The notes: generated from the letters alone by a model not told the origin. 64,000 bases of DNA from Amphiscolops sp. MND2022 (GCA_964187785.1 OZ076414.1:46686001-46750000); one strand, 5' to 3'; numbered from the stretch's first letter, positions 1-12,043 are shown. A program made the numbers and translations.

Positions 1-517
1 ATGCCAGGAAGGTGTATATATTCAGGGTGTTGTAAAACATTCAATTCAATTTCTGTTGCGATAATACTTCGTTTGAAAAAAACTAAAATTTCTTTGAAGA
101 ATTCCAAGTTTCCAAAGAAATTTTCTCGCTTGCTAAAATGACTACTAGAAGCCATAAAAGGAAAGCTGTATAAGAACTAGCTTCTGCTGAGATTGAAACA
201 CATCTAACTGGAAATGGTCAAATACAAACCCCGTAGCGGGGACGAGCAAGTCTCCTAAGTTACATACCGGAAACCTGGAAGAAATGAAATCCACAGTTAG
301 AAATGAGATAATGTCCGATCTCACCAAAATCTTAACTAAAATCGAAAAGAAATGTTGAAACTGATCGCCCCTGTAACTAAAAAACAGTCTGCATTAACTG
401 TCCCTGAGGAAATTGATTTTAAGTCCGAAAACGTTCCAACAATTGCGACTTCGACACCTATCAAAACTAGAAATACTGCGACTAATCATAAAACAACTCC
501 GGTGAACAGTCGTAAAA
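1..517 (+). repeat. E1 5' LTR (3' portion only)
   Basis: Aligns with ~14756-15277 and ends GTCGTAAAA (GTCGTAACA in the 3' copy), immediately before TGGTAACAGG. Confidence 0.9.
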
Positions 518-535
518 TGGTAACAGGAGTCCTCA
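518..535 (+). promoter_or_regulatory. Primer-binding site of E1, tRNA-Leu-like
   Basis: TGGTAACAGGAGTCC directly follows the LTR end and resembles the tRNA-Leu PBS TGGTGTCAGRAGTGG. The E2 counterpart reads TGAAGACAGAAGTC. Confidence 0.65.
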
Positions 536-1515
536 ATGACTCCACGAATCTGGGGAAAAAGTAGACGCGACCACAACCTCCAAAAAGTCTGCCACCCAAC
601 GAACGTCCTTCGACATCGAGACTACTCTTCGCTCCACAACCGGAAAACTAGCAACTGTCTCACTTGCCCCCTATGCCAAAAGCCCTCACAGCATCACTAC
701 TGTGTTCGATGGTAAGTCCGAAAAATTCGAACTTTTTGAGGACTTATTCAGAAACAAAATAAAAATGTTACCACACCTAACCGAGATACAGAAAATCAGT
801 TACTTCCACTCATTACTACGCGGTAATGCACTTCAAGCATACTGCAACCTAGACGACGCCAAAGAAGATATTCTTGAGGAAGTAATTACGGAATTCAAAC
901 GGCGTTTTGGAGACTTTCAACCCTCCGCAAAAGCTAGATGCGAGTGGGACTCGCTACATTTCGACCCAATTAAACAAAAACTACATGAATTTTTGGACAC
1001 AATAAAAAAACTGCCAGTGAAGCGTTCAGTCCAGAGGCGCAGAAATTCATCGATAAAGCCATATACGCAAAAATGCCGGACCATGTCAAAAAGATACTTA
1101 ATCGCGCTTACCTCGAAGACAAGCCATATATTGACATTGTCCTACATCTCGAAAGAGAGATGCGCCTCAGTGGCCTGGGCGCTCCTGATGAAACCACTCT
1201 AGTACCGTTCAACTTGGTTGACGCCGTCCTTGTGGAAACACGAAAAGAACCCAACCAGCGGGGAAATTGCTTTCGTTGCGGCAAATACGGTCATTACAAA
1301 GCAGAATGCCGCAAAGTACGAAAGGACAGATACTATGAGATCAAGTCACAGAACGGCGTCCCCAACACAACTGAACCGACGAAACCAAAATGTGACACAT
1401 GTGGCAACACCCATGAATCAGAAAACTGCTGGAACGGAGCCAACGCGGCAAGCGACCCTAGAAAACGAAGACACCAGAGCAGCGACAAGCCGATCCCAAC
1501 TATCGAAATCCAGCC

Positions 1516-1522
1516 AAAAAAC
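1516..1522 (+). promoter_or_regulatory. -1 ribosomal frameshift slippery site A AAA AAC (gag/pol), E1
   Basis: Heptamer is in X XXY YYZ phase immediately before the gag TAA. The -1 frame reads KKLRSPRLRFG, matching KKLPKPRLRFG in E2. Confidence 0.78.
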
Positions 1523-4500
1523 TAAGATCGCCGCGCCTACGCTTTGGGGAAACGGTAGACACGAGGGCATATACGATCGAAGACCCCCGAATCGCTACAA
1601 AGAGGACTTCATGACGGAATGCATGGAAGAACCGACGCAAGATTGGCGACGTTGGAACTTAGGCATGATTCTCAGACATAATACCAGACACCCAAATGAC
1701 CCAACACGACCCCCCTATGGATAAGGGAGTCCTATGGCAATTACGCCACACTCAAACGACCGCTGCCAGAAACAAAAACTGACAAATTATACGTCTACAA
1801 CACGGATTACCGTTGCGACCCATGGGATGAACCTACCATCTACGACACTAACAAACTATCCTTCAAGATCCATGTCCCAAACCCACAAACACCGCCTGAA
1901 GAAATACCAAAACTTCCGCCACCTCCATCATCAATTCTAAAAACTTCAGAACCATTCCCGACAGTACCCGTCGCTGTCACGTCTACACCGATAAACGCTG
2001 ACGATAAATATTGCATAGAAGACAAGACGCTGTGGTCACGGAAATCGAAAGAACAAACAGTTGACTCCTCCTCCCCTCCACCACCACAAACTGCACCCGC
2101 TAGTGCAGTAACAGACTATCATGAAGAAGAAACGGAGTGCCCCCATATGACCTCAACGTCATCAAAATCATACAGCACGATAAAGAAGACGACTACATTC
2201 CGTTAATGTCAGCCATCACTCTCACGAAGAAAAGTCGGATGCTTCTCATCCCTCTTGAATTCAAAAAAAACAAAAATAGACGCCCTAGCTGATTCAGGAT
2301 TCGACATAAACGTCATCAGCGAAATGGACATAGACAAAATACAAAAAGAATCTAATGCATCCATAATAGGAAAAGCTCCACCACCCGCTTTCAAAATACA
2401 ATATTGCAACACGGAACTCGAAAAGGCTCTCGCGACATATACGATGAAGTTCAAAATCGGAGACTACACGTTTGAAGAGATTTTCATCATAATGACCAAA
2501 ACATCCTCCCCCATCATTGGCCTGGCGTTCCTCCGAAAACACTCAGCAATTCTCGACACTGCACATTGAACAATCGACTTCCCGAAAATACAAATCACCC
2601 TAGCCCTAACGGATGAGATGCAGAAGTGCAACCCGAAACCTATAACCATCAAGACAGGGGGAAAACACACCATCCCGGCAGAAGCCACACGGATTATACA
2701 CGCGTCAATAACTGTGAATAACGATCATCTAATAACTGGGACGGTACTACCCCTACCACAGTTTGACGAGACAGCAAAACTTATCGTAGTACCAGCAATA
2801 ACAACAGCTCGCGATAAACGCGTACCTGTAAAAATAGCCAACACCACAGACTTCCCCTACACCATAAAACCGCACACAAAACTGGGGGAACTACAAATAC
2901 TAAATCCAGAGGAAACGGAATCGGTCCGGCCAGTAGACATAGCAGCCCTCAATCTTCTCACCGAACACGGCGACGTCGTTGCATACGTAAATGCCTTGAT
3001 GCAAGTTAACTCCCCAGACCACGCAGAAGAAAAATTTTGGGTTCTCACTCCTGAAAACCCTGGAGACGAATCGAAGCACACACCCATTCAGCGGCGCATT
3101 CTTTGAGAACTACGAGACTTACAAAAACTAGAAGAACTAGACCCTAAACAAAATGAGAAATCTAGATCCTAATTCCTTTCAATGTTCAAGTGGAATGATT
3201 CATTTATAAGAGGAGAGGACCGTGAAAACCTAAAATCCATCATCGTTGAATTCAATGATATCTTCGCACGCCACCGTGTTGACATCGGCATGAACACTCA
3301 ATTCAAAGTCTGCCTAACACCTAAAAACGACAAACCAGTCTACACACAGAGCCTACCCGTATCCATAAACCTCAACGATGACCTCACAGTGGAACTGGCC
3401 CTGATGCATAGATACGGGATCATCACAACCCTCCATTGTTCCAAATAGGCCAGCCCTATCTTCGCACAACGTAAAACAAAACAACGGAAGACTGCGACTC
3501 CTAGTAAACCTGCGAAAAATCAGCGCCCTCATCTCTGATGACTACATCAACAACAACCACCCCATCAGCACCCTTTCAGATGCGGCACAACACCTAGCAG
3601 GGAAAAAGTTGTTCTGCAAACTTGACTGCTCCCAAGCCTACCACTACCTCGAAATGGCGGACCAAAGGTCAGTAGAACTCCTTTCATTTAATTCCGCTAG
3701 TAGGACGTTTGCCTACCGTAGGCTGGCCCAAGGACTTAGTAAGGCCTTGTCAGCACTTTCAAGTTTCATGCAAGAGTACCTTGACACAGTCATCAAAGCA
3801 GATCAGTGTGCCCAATATGTGGACGATATTGGAATTGCCGCCAACACAACGGAACAACTCATTAAGAACATCAGAGTCTTCAAATGTATACGCAAAGCTA
3901 GCCTAAAACTCACAATTGAGAAATGCCTCTTTGGAGTCACACAAGTGGAATTCCTCAGCGGAACTATTACCCCAAACGGAGTAGTTAACGGTTTCAAAGC
4001 GATTAACGCAAGCCTCGCGGAAGCCTGCGGATTTGAACTTAGACAACCTGTCGCAGGGAAACAGTATGTACTAATGACGGATGCAAGCTTCCGAGCATCT
4101 GGATACGCAATAATGATAGAGTAAAATGACGACAAAAAGTTGCTTTCCAAACGGAAAACCTTCGCAGCAGTCGCTTTTGGATCACGTGTATTCTCCCCGT
4201 CACAGTCAAAATTGTCAATATACTGCAAAAAACTCCTTGCAATCTATCACGCGTTCCTAGAAAACAGCCACATTCTGTTGGAAACGACATTACCAAACCT
4301 AGTACTCACAGACAACAGATCAGCAACGAGAATCTTCCAAACAAAACCTACACCACCTACCCTCTGGAACAATTGTGACTTTGTACTGCAATTCAAATTC
4401 CGCATCATGCACGTCGTAGGTTCGCAAAACACAGCAGCCGATTTCCTGTCTCGACTGGAACTAACCTCAAAAGAGAAAGTTCAACTCAAGCTACGAGACG

Positions 4501-4980
4501 ACATCATAACGGCGCCCAAAGAAGTCAACCTACAATCAACAGACGTCGCAGACGAAGAACAACTCATTTTCCTACCAGACGAAGAAGAGGAATCAGAACA
4601 ACAAATTTTTGCAAGAAAAGCGCTTATTAATAACCAGCAAAGGACGAAAGAGAACAACAAAACCTATCTACCGAAGTAACAGAAATAGTTCATATACCGC
4701 TCAATACGGCTGTCTATGCATTTGGAGCCATCAAAGAAAATGCACGCATACGCAGCGAAGAAGATGCGGACCCGGTTTTAAAGGCACTAAAATTACGTCT
4801 ACTACATGAAGAATATGACAAACACCTTAAAACTGAACCAAGGGGACGAAACCTATTACGTCATGAAGAGAGAATAATAGTCAAAGACGGAGTCCTCATG
4901 CGCAAATACTACGGTGAAGATGCCACAGTCACACATCACCAATTTCTAATACCGAAACATATAGTACCAGAATTACTATC

Positions 4981-6166
4981 AAGACGGGAACGGCCCGAGT
5001 CGGCGCCATATCTAAGGCTCAAAAACAGCAAAAGGACTTCAAAGTGTCAAAGTATTTTCTTCTACGGTACCGGAAAACCCAGAAGTTGAACCAAATTGGC
5101 GCACCAGAGGAGACACTTTGATCTTTTTAATCCATTCAATGGCAAATCATCAAAAAAATTGAAATAGGGGCACTTTTGGTGAAATTTTTTTTCTGAAAAA
5201 AAGCTTCACAATGCCGAAAAACTAAAAGGGGGACCCTTTGGGATTTTTCAACATCCGTTCTGTCAGAAAACTACCAAAAAATTGAAGGGAGGACCCTCTG
5301 GGGAAGTTTTTTTTGGAAAAAAAGTCTCACAGAGCCGAAAATACTCAAAGGGAGTACCCTTTGGTTCCTTTGAGTTTCTTAGATGATGTAATATTACTAC
5401 TTCGCAAGCTTTTGCGCCAGTATTTTAAATTTGATAATAAGAATTGTAAAATTTTAGGATTGTAAGAATTGTAAGAAAAGTGGACCGATCAGTGTGAGGA
5501 TTGTAGTCTGAAGAAGAAACAAGCCGGGAACGGCCCAAGCCGGCGCCATATCTAAGGCTCAAAAACAGTGAAAAGACTTCCAAGTATTCTCTTCTACGGT
5601 ACCGCAGAAACCCAAAAGTTGAACCGAATTGGCACACCAGAGGCGACACGTTGAAATTTTTTATCCATTCTGTCGCAAATCATCAAAAAAAATTGAAGGT
5701 GGGGCACTTTTGGTGAAAAAATTTTTTTTTAAAAGTCTCACAATGCCAAAAAAACTGAAGGGGGGACCCTTTGGGATTTTTCAACATCCGTTCTGTCGGA
5801 AAACTCCAAAAAACTTGAAGGGGGACCCTTCGGGAAAAAAAAATTTCGAAAGAAAGTCTCACAGAGCCGAAACTACTCTAAGTTCCTTTGGTCTTTTTGA
5901 GTTTCTTAGATGATGTAAAAATACTACTTCGCAACTTTTTAAAGTATTTTATTTAAATTTGTTAAGTAAGCATTGTAAGATTTTAAGATTGTAAGAATTG
6001 TAAGAAAAGTGGACCGATCAGGGTGAGGATTGTAGTCTGAAGAAAAAAAAGGTCACTGCTATAGTCGGGCTTTTTTCCTTAAAAGGAAAACGAAAACGCG
6101 CCGACTAAAAACAGTCATTGCTATTGTCGGGCATTTTTCCTTTAATGGGAAAGCGCCGACTAAAAA
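4981..6166 (-). mobile_element. Helentron/HINE-like non-autonomous element, head-to-tail dimer of a 540-bp unit, inserted in E1 integrase
   Basis: Units start at 4981 and 5521. Inverted pair AGTCGGCGC (4998-5006) / GCGCCGACT (6153-6161), terminal A/T run, no TSD. Pol reads VPELLS on the left and KMNKHLGIT on the right. Confidence 0.72.
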
Positions 6167-6500
6167 TGAACAAACACCTGGGAATAACCAATAAGATTCA
6201 AGAAAGCCAAACCAAATACTATTACCCGGGACTAGCTCGGAAAATCAGAGCTTGGGTAATCAACTGCCCTGACTGCCTAGCTAACAAACGCATAGACACG
6301 CGACAAATACGACCAAAATGCTCAGCAATACAGATTTCACGTTTGGCCCGGAAAATTGCTCAGAAGTCGATATTCTATCGAACTTACCCTCTTCAAACGG
6401 CTACAAACACAGCATAACAATGATGGACGTTTTCTCTCGATATCTCTTCGCATACCCTACTCAAGACATGACATTACGACGCCAATCGTGGCAAAACAGT

Positions 6501-6855
6501 GACTGCAACAAATCTGTTGTAGTCTTATGTGGATTCTTCAATTGCATTATAACACATGCGTTTCAAGAATTGAGGAAAGTGGAAAGAACTATTTTTCTGG
6601 ATTCTTGCACTGATACCGTGTGTAACCTGCGAAGAATCGCCAAAAGAAAATTTCTCTCGTTTCTCTCGATTCTTGAAAATGTGTGGATTCTTCACAAAGC
6701 AATTATTAGTTGGCGTTTATTAGGTCATTTACTGGAGTTACTAAATTTCTGTGGATTTTTCGTTTCGTCTGAATTCACCGAAATACCATTAAAGAAAACT
6801 TGTGGATTCTTCCATTTGTATATGAACATTTTTGTTGAATATGTTGGACTGCCAG
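6501..6855. mobile_element. ~355-bp insertion in E1 integrase with internal TGTGGATTCTTC repeats
   Basis: AACAGT on both flanks (6495-6500, 6856-6861). Motif copies at 6528, 6682, 6750 and 6801. AT-rich and unrelated to the surrounding pol. Confidence 0.65.
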
Positions 6856-8235
6856 AACAGTCGGCCGATGCATAGTTGACGTCATGACACGTCATTGCTA
6901 TCTACCAACAGTGATTCTCACCGACAAAGGATCACAATTCCGCTCGGATGTCATAAACCAAAAAGCACAAACGCTCGACATTTGAATCAGCCATGCATCG
7001 ACGAAACACGCCCAAACAATATGGATACTCGAAAGGACTCATGCATCATTGAAAACGTTCCTAAAGATATCGACAGGAGAGCGACGCTCAATGGGGCACA
7101 AATACGTACAAATTGCGGTCATGAACTACAACACGAGCTACCATGAAAGCTTAGGCTGCGAACCGACAGCAGTGTTTCGCGGACGAATACCGTACAACAT
7201 TCTGGACATCAAACTGGGACTCAAGCCAGAATGGGAAAATGATGCCAACGAAGACCTAACGGGCGAATTACAAAAAACAAATAACAGAAATTCATCAGGC
7301 AGCTAAGGACAACCTTATGCAATTATACTTGAAGTACAATCGATATTACGATAAAAAAGCGACAGCAACGCCGTTAAAAGTCAATGACTACTGCTATCCG
7401 AATCCTGTCCTGAATCCGAAGGCTGATAACCAGTCAATGCAATTCGCTTTCAAAGATTGTATTTGGACGGGACCCTATATAGTGGCCAAAGTCCTTTCCA
7501 ACCACAACTACGTCGTAAGGCGAACAGGAACAAGGTAAACACAAACCCTCCATAGAATTTCCCTAAGGCTATATGCGCCCAATCAACCAGTACCTGACGT
7601 AACAGTCAAAGCGGAAGATCAACTTCCAGACCCTGAGGTTAAGACAACCCATGATGATTGGTACGCGCAAGCTTGGGAAACCGAATTCGGAGAAGTTCTG
7701 ATCGGTTAAGCACCGGAAAAAGTAAGTGAAGAAGGTGCGATTACAGAAGTTCCATTTGATAACGAATATACAACGGAAAATGAAGCGGTTATAACAACTG
7801 CGGAAAAAATCCAACCGGGGATAAAACATCCTCCGAAGATATTACGTCATTCAGATTGGACGTTAGTGATAACCGTTACATAACGTCTCCACCGCCCATT
7901 GAAAGTCTTCCAGTGCCGCCTACCCTACCGGCTATAATCATTGGATATAATCCTAGAAAAACGGGAAGATAAATTCTACGCCCTAATCTTAGACCTAATG
8001 CACATCCTGATTTCCAGATGCTAGACGCTGTCACTATGAACGAATTAGTTCAAACTCAAGAATAAATAAAAACAATCAGATAACGAGACCGAACTGGAAT
8101 GGCTAATTTTGCTCTACCTATGCTCTAAACTACATAAATACAAAAGACAACAAAGGTGCAAACTTCAAAGAGCTCAAATACAATAACAATTGACTCCAAA
8201 TGTCAAAAAACAAGATGAAATATAAAGAAAGAGGT

Positions 8236-11200
8236 CTATAATTTCTCCAACTTATGGAAAACATCAGGATCTTCGTCATTACTCTCTTTCCTTTTCTTAG
8301 GCTTCTTTTTGATCTTTCTCTGAGGATTGGAACTTGTGGGAGCTTCCTTATTGGGACTTGATTTCCCAGTAACTTCAACACGTTGACTAACACCTTTGCC
8401 TTTCACTGGACCGGAAACATCGCTACTGACCGTCACTGATGCGGATACATTTTGCTGAGCTCGGGCAAGCCAATTACTCTTGTTAATATTCGTATAATGA
8501 TTTTCCAATGACTGCCGGCTTTCCGATAAAAACGAACTATACAAGCTGCAATATCGAGACAGAAACGTTTCAGCATATCCACCACAAAACTCCGTCCACA
8601 GATCGAAATTAGAAGCTACATAAAACACTCCAGCATTAGCGATAGCCTCTTGAACAGCCTCCAACGTAGGGTCAGTAAAAAAGCACTTAGGAACATGTCC
8701 GGGGCTCAGGACATAACTCTGCAACAGAAGCAAACACTATTGAAACTTTCGCTCGGGAAGCTCACTTCCACCCAAATCAAAGGTCACAGCAGGATAAGCC
8801 TCCCGGGGCCTGCACGTAATCAATATACACAGCTTCAAAACTCGACAAGCATGCACACGAGCTTGAAAACCAAAATCTCGCAGCAACCAACTGACCATAT
8901 CGGGTATCTCACTAGCCACTCCCTTGGACGCCTTGTACTGGACACGCCTTTCCACAACATAGCTGCTGAACTCTTCCACAGCAGCCTTGGACTCATCAAG
9001 TAATAGGGTCCCACAGGTTTCCAAAACACGGAAAAGATCCGCGAGCAGACGAAAAACTAATTGTCCGTCACCTTCCAACAATAGTTCTGGACAAAAACTG
9101 TACAGTCTGCGCGACACCCGAGACGTCACCCTGGGGCACTTCAGAACAATCACAGTCAGTCGGTCAAGAAACTCCCGACAACGCACACGAAATGTACTGA
9201 ACTCGCTTGTTTTTCCAGCTAACAATTGAAGTCCAAAATCAGATCCAGCAAGAAAATATTCCAAGGCGATTGTAGGAAACTCAGCAACCTTCTCTCCACT
9301 CATGAATTTTTCTCATTCTTTCAAAATCGGCAAGCTCTCAGTAACAATAAGCAGTAAACGAAGTTGCACAATTCACCGTACCGATGGAATCCGTAGTCAC
9401 TTCGTTGCTGCAGTAACTTTGCACAATTGACATGAACTGAAACAAACAAATCTAATAAAGAAACTACCTTAAAAACCCATGGAGAACTCGCGAGAACAAA
9501 CAGACAAGCCAACAGTTAAAGACAGGAGAACAGTTACAACTGTTAAACTCACATGTATTCAGAACAAGCCGCCATAAACCGAGACGATACGGTGTCATGT
9601 TGTCCGCGGTTATATGCCAGTCAGTCCCCTTCATCTGCAAATGAACAACGAACAGAATATGCAAAAGGGGAACAAATAGCAGAAGAAAACGGCAACAAAT
9701 TGCCCACAAATCGATAACCTCAGATAAAAATGCAGGTAATCTGCAAATTCAACGGAGCCCTGCCAGATACACTTACGAAGGATAAACTTATCCTCCGTCC
9801 AATCCTCGTAAAGAGCACTCTTGAGACGATGCACCAGATACTCCACTAGAGTAATCACGCTGACCATTCCGAAGACATCCTGATCAGCTTGCAACACACA
9901 ACGAAGCAGGGTTTTCTCATCAAACCACTGATAGACAACAAACCGACGTCCATCAGCGCGATTGTCGTCCAACACGCGAATCAAAGACGGCATGGCCCCA
10001 AGAATAGACACAGGCAATTGGCTCGTGCTCAAACTACCGACAATTCTTGATAACGGCACCAGTTCCGGAAGGGGTACAGCTTGATCCAAAGACTCGCAGC
10101 CAATACAAATTTTCTTAACATCCTTGTCGTCCCAAAACACCAGGTAACAACGCTCGTCCTTGCAATCTTTTTTGAACTGATTTCCATAACTACGGAAACC
10201 CACGATACTGCCCAAAACGACCTGCAATACTCGTGGGGCAAGGCCTCGACACAGAAACGACTAAAAATTACAATGATGATCTTACTCTCGCAGACACCGA
10301 ACAAATTCATATGATAAAATTACCCAACAAAAAAAAGAAAAAGAGGCGAGGAGCACAAGAGGAAAAAGAGAACAGCAACACTAAATTAACTACTCACCAC
10401 AGTCTCAGAACGGCTCCAGTTTAACGCAAATTGTGGCTCTTGTTCCTCAGTCAATGAAGCAAGGAAATGGCCCCACAATCGCCGCAGCAGAAGGAAGTCG
10501 CCCCACTACGCAGAAGTTCGCACAAGCACCCCACTGACGTCATAAAGGGCACTTTTGAATCAACTCGTGAGTGTTCCGACAGAAGATCTTCAGGGAACGG
10601 ATACCCTTCACTCAGATCTTCAGAGGGTCTCGATTGATAGTCGGCCAAATGGCTGGCAGACAACTCCATTGGCTTCATGAGTCTTATCAACTCCGGCAAC
10701 TTCATATGTACGCGATGAGTGACGTCCTTGAACCAATGACCATCAGACTGCAAATGGCGCGCAAATTCCCCGGAACCGTGAGCTTTCATGCCGACATCAC
10801 GATGACATACGCGGCATAAGAAAAACTTGCTAGAACCACACTTTGGCCCCGACACGAAATCGGGAAACGCTGGATGAAGACTCAACATTCGCCGTTGCAG
10901 GAAGTTGCGACTACAGTATTTTTTCACCTTAAGTCGCTTGGACAAGCGGTCACCCACTTTCTCAGCAAAATCGTCAAGACCTAGAACACGCACAAACAAC
11001 CGTCAAGTAAACCACCACGAACAAAAAAGAAAAATATCATAACAACAAACAAAAACAACTAACCTGTCTGCAACTGAGTTTCCACACGGCCCGCAAGCTG
11101 CCGCCCAAACTCCAGTATATCTTGTGGACTGAGTGTGTTACCACCATTAAGAAGCTTGCGTTCTGGCTCATCCTGACCTATACAAACCAAATAATAAACA

Positions 11201-12043
11201 CCCCTCCAATAACAAATATGCTACATGAAAAAACTTCCTTAGGAACAACACTAACTAATCCAACCAGGAGCGCGAGTCAATAGCGGAGGCGTTGGAAGAT
11301 CTTTTTTTGCTCGCTTGGGATGTGTCGCGAAACCAACGGAGATCTTACGGACAGCACTCGTCCTACCTGCTAAACAAACAAAAACAACAATTATAAATCA
11401 CTTCTTCACCGCGCCCATTCCGGAAAACAATAGAACCAAAAATACTATTCCTTCTTTTTCGCTTGAACGGGGGGGCATCAGTCTCACCTCCTTGAGACTC
11501 ACTTTTCGAATCAACCGCAGGAGTGGAAACATTGTCTGGAGTATGAGGCCGATTCTCAGGCGGATCAATAACAACACATGACGGGACGTCAGCGGAGCAA
11601 GAAGGAACTAGGGCGGATGAAAGTCAGGGCTCGGGTGCCCTGAGGACGGAAGTCAATAAATCATTACCAGTAGGACGGGCATCCAGCACAGTTGAAACTG
11701 GAGGCAACATGGAAGAAGTAGAAACAGTTGCGTCTGCAGAAGTAACACAAACAACAGTAGCTGAAGTCATGACAGGTTGAGGTACGGAAAATCAAGTTCT
11801 AGTTCCGGGTAAGACTATAAAAGGCTGATCACCAAAGATAAAATAGTCCAATTACCCATGAAAAGTCAGAAAGATTTCACCAACCTGTGCCAGCACGTAC
11901 AAACTCTGCCTCCGATTGCACATCGTCATCAGTGTAATTGAAAGTCGTCTCATTCTCCCTAAGAAAACCAACAAAAAGAACAACTGGGGGATTATTTTCA
12001 CTCTCCATCACGAACGAACAGCGCAAGAAACGTTCAAAAAGAT
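8236..12043 (-). pseudogene. Spliced antisense accessory gene of E1 (low-complexity N-terminus, C2H2/BED-like finger, possible hAT-derived body)
   Basis: GT-AG introns 11815-11884, 11367-11445, 11178-11255 and 10981-11063 join exons of 159, 369, 111 and 114 nt in frame. CRVC-x16-H-x5-H finger. Homologous to the E2 antisense gene. Confidence 0.8.

Larger units (their letters stand above)
138..1525 (+). pseudogene. gag: E1 gag (stops and frameshifts); starts inside the LTR
   Basis: MTTRSHK... start; FDGKSEKFELFEDLF capsid-like block; CFRCGKYGHYKAEC zinc knuckle; second Cys/His cluster CDTCGNTHESENC. Confidence 0.88.
1516..8065 (+). pseudogene. pol: E1 pol (protease, RT, RNase H, integrase), fragmented and interrupted by two insertions
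   Basis: ALADSGF protease; KLDCSQAY and QYVDDIG RT; VLMTDASF RNase H; HLGIT...CPDC integrase zinc motif; MDVFSRYLF and TDKGSQF catalytic blocks. Confidence 0.92.

Noticed and set aside
8650-9229. + strand ORFs overlapping the antisense gene, and many similar 60-120 aa ORFs in the track
   Set aside because: Shadow frames of TE coding sequence with no conserved counterpart in E2.
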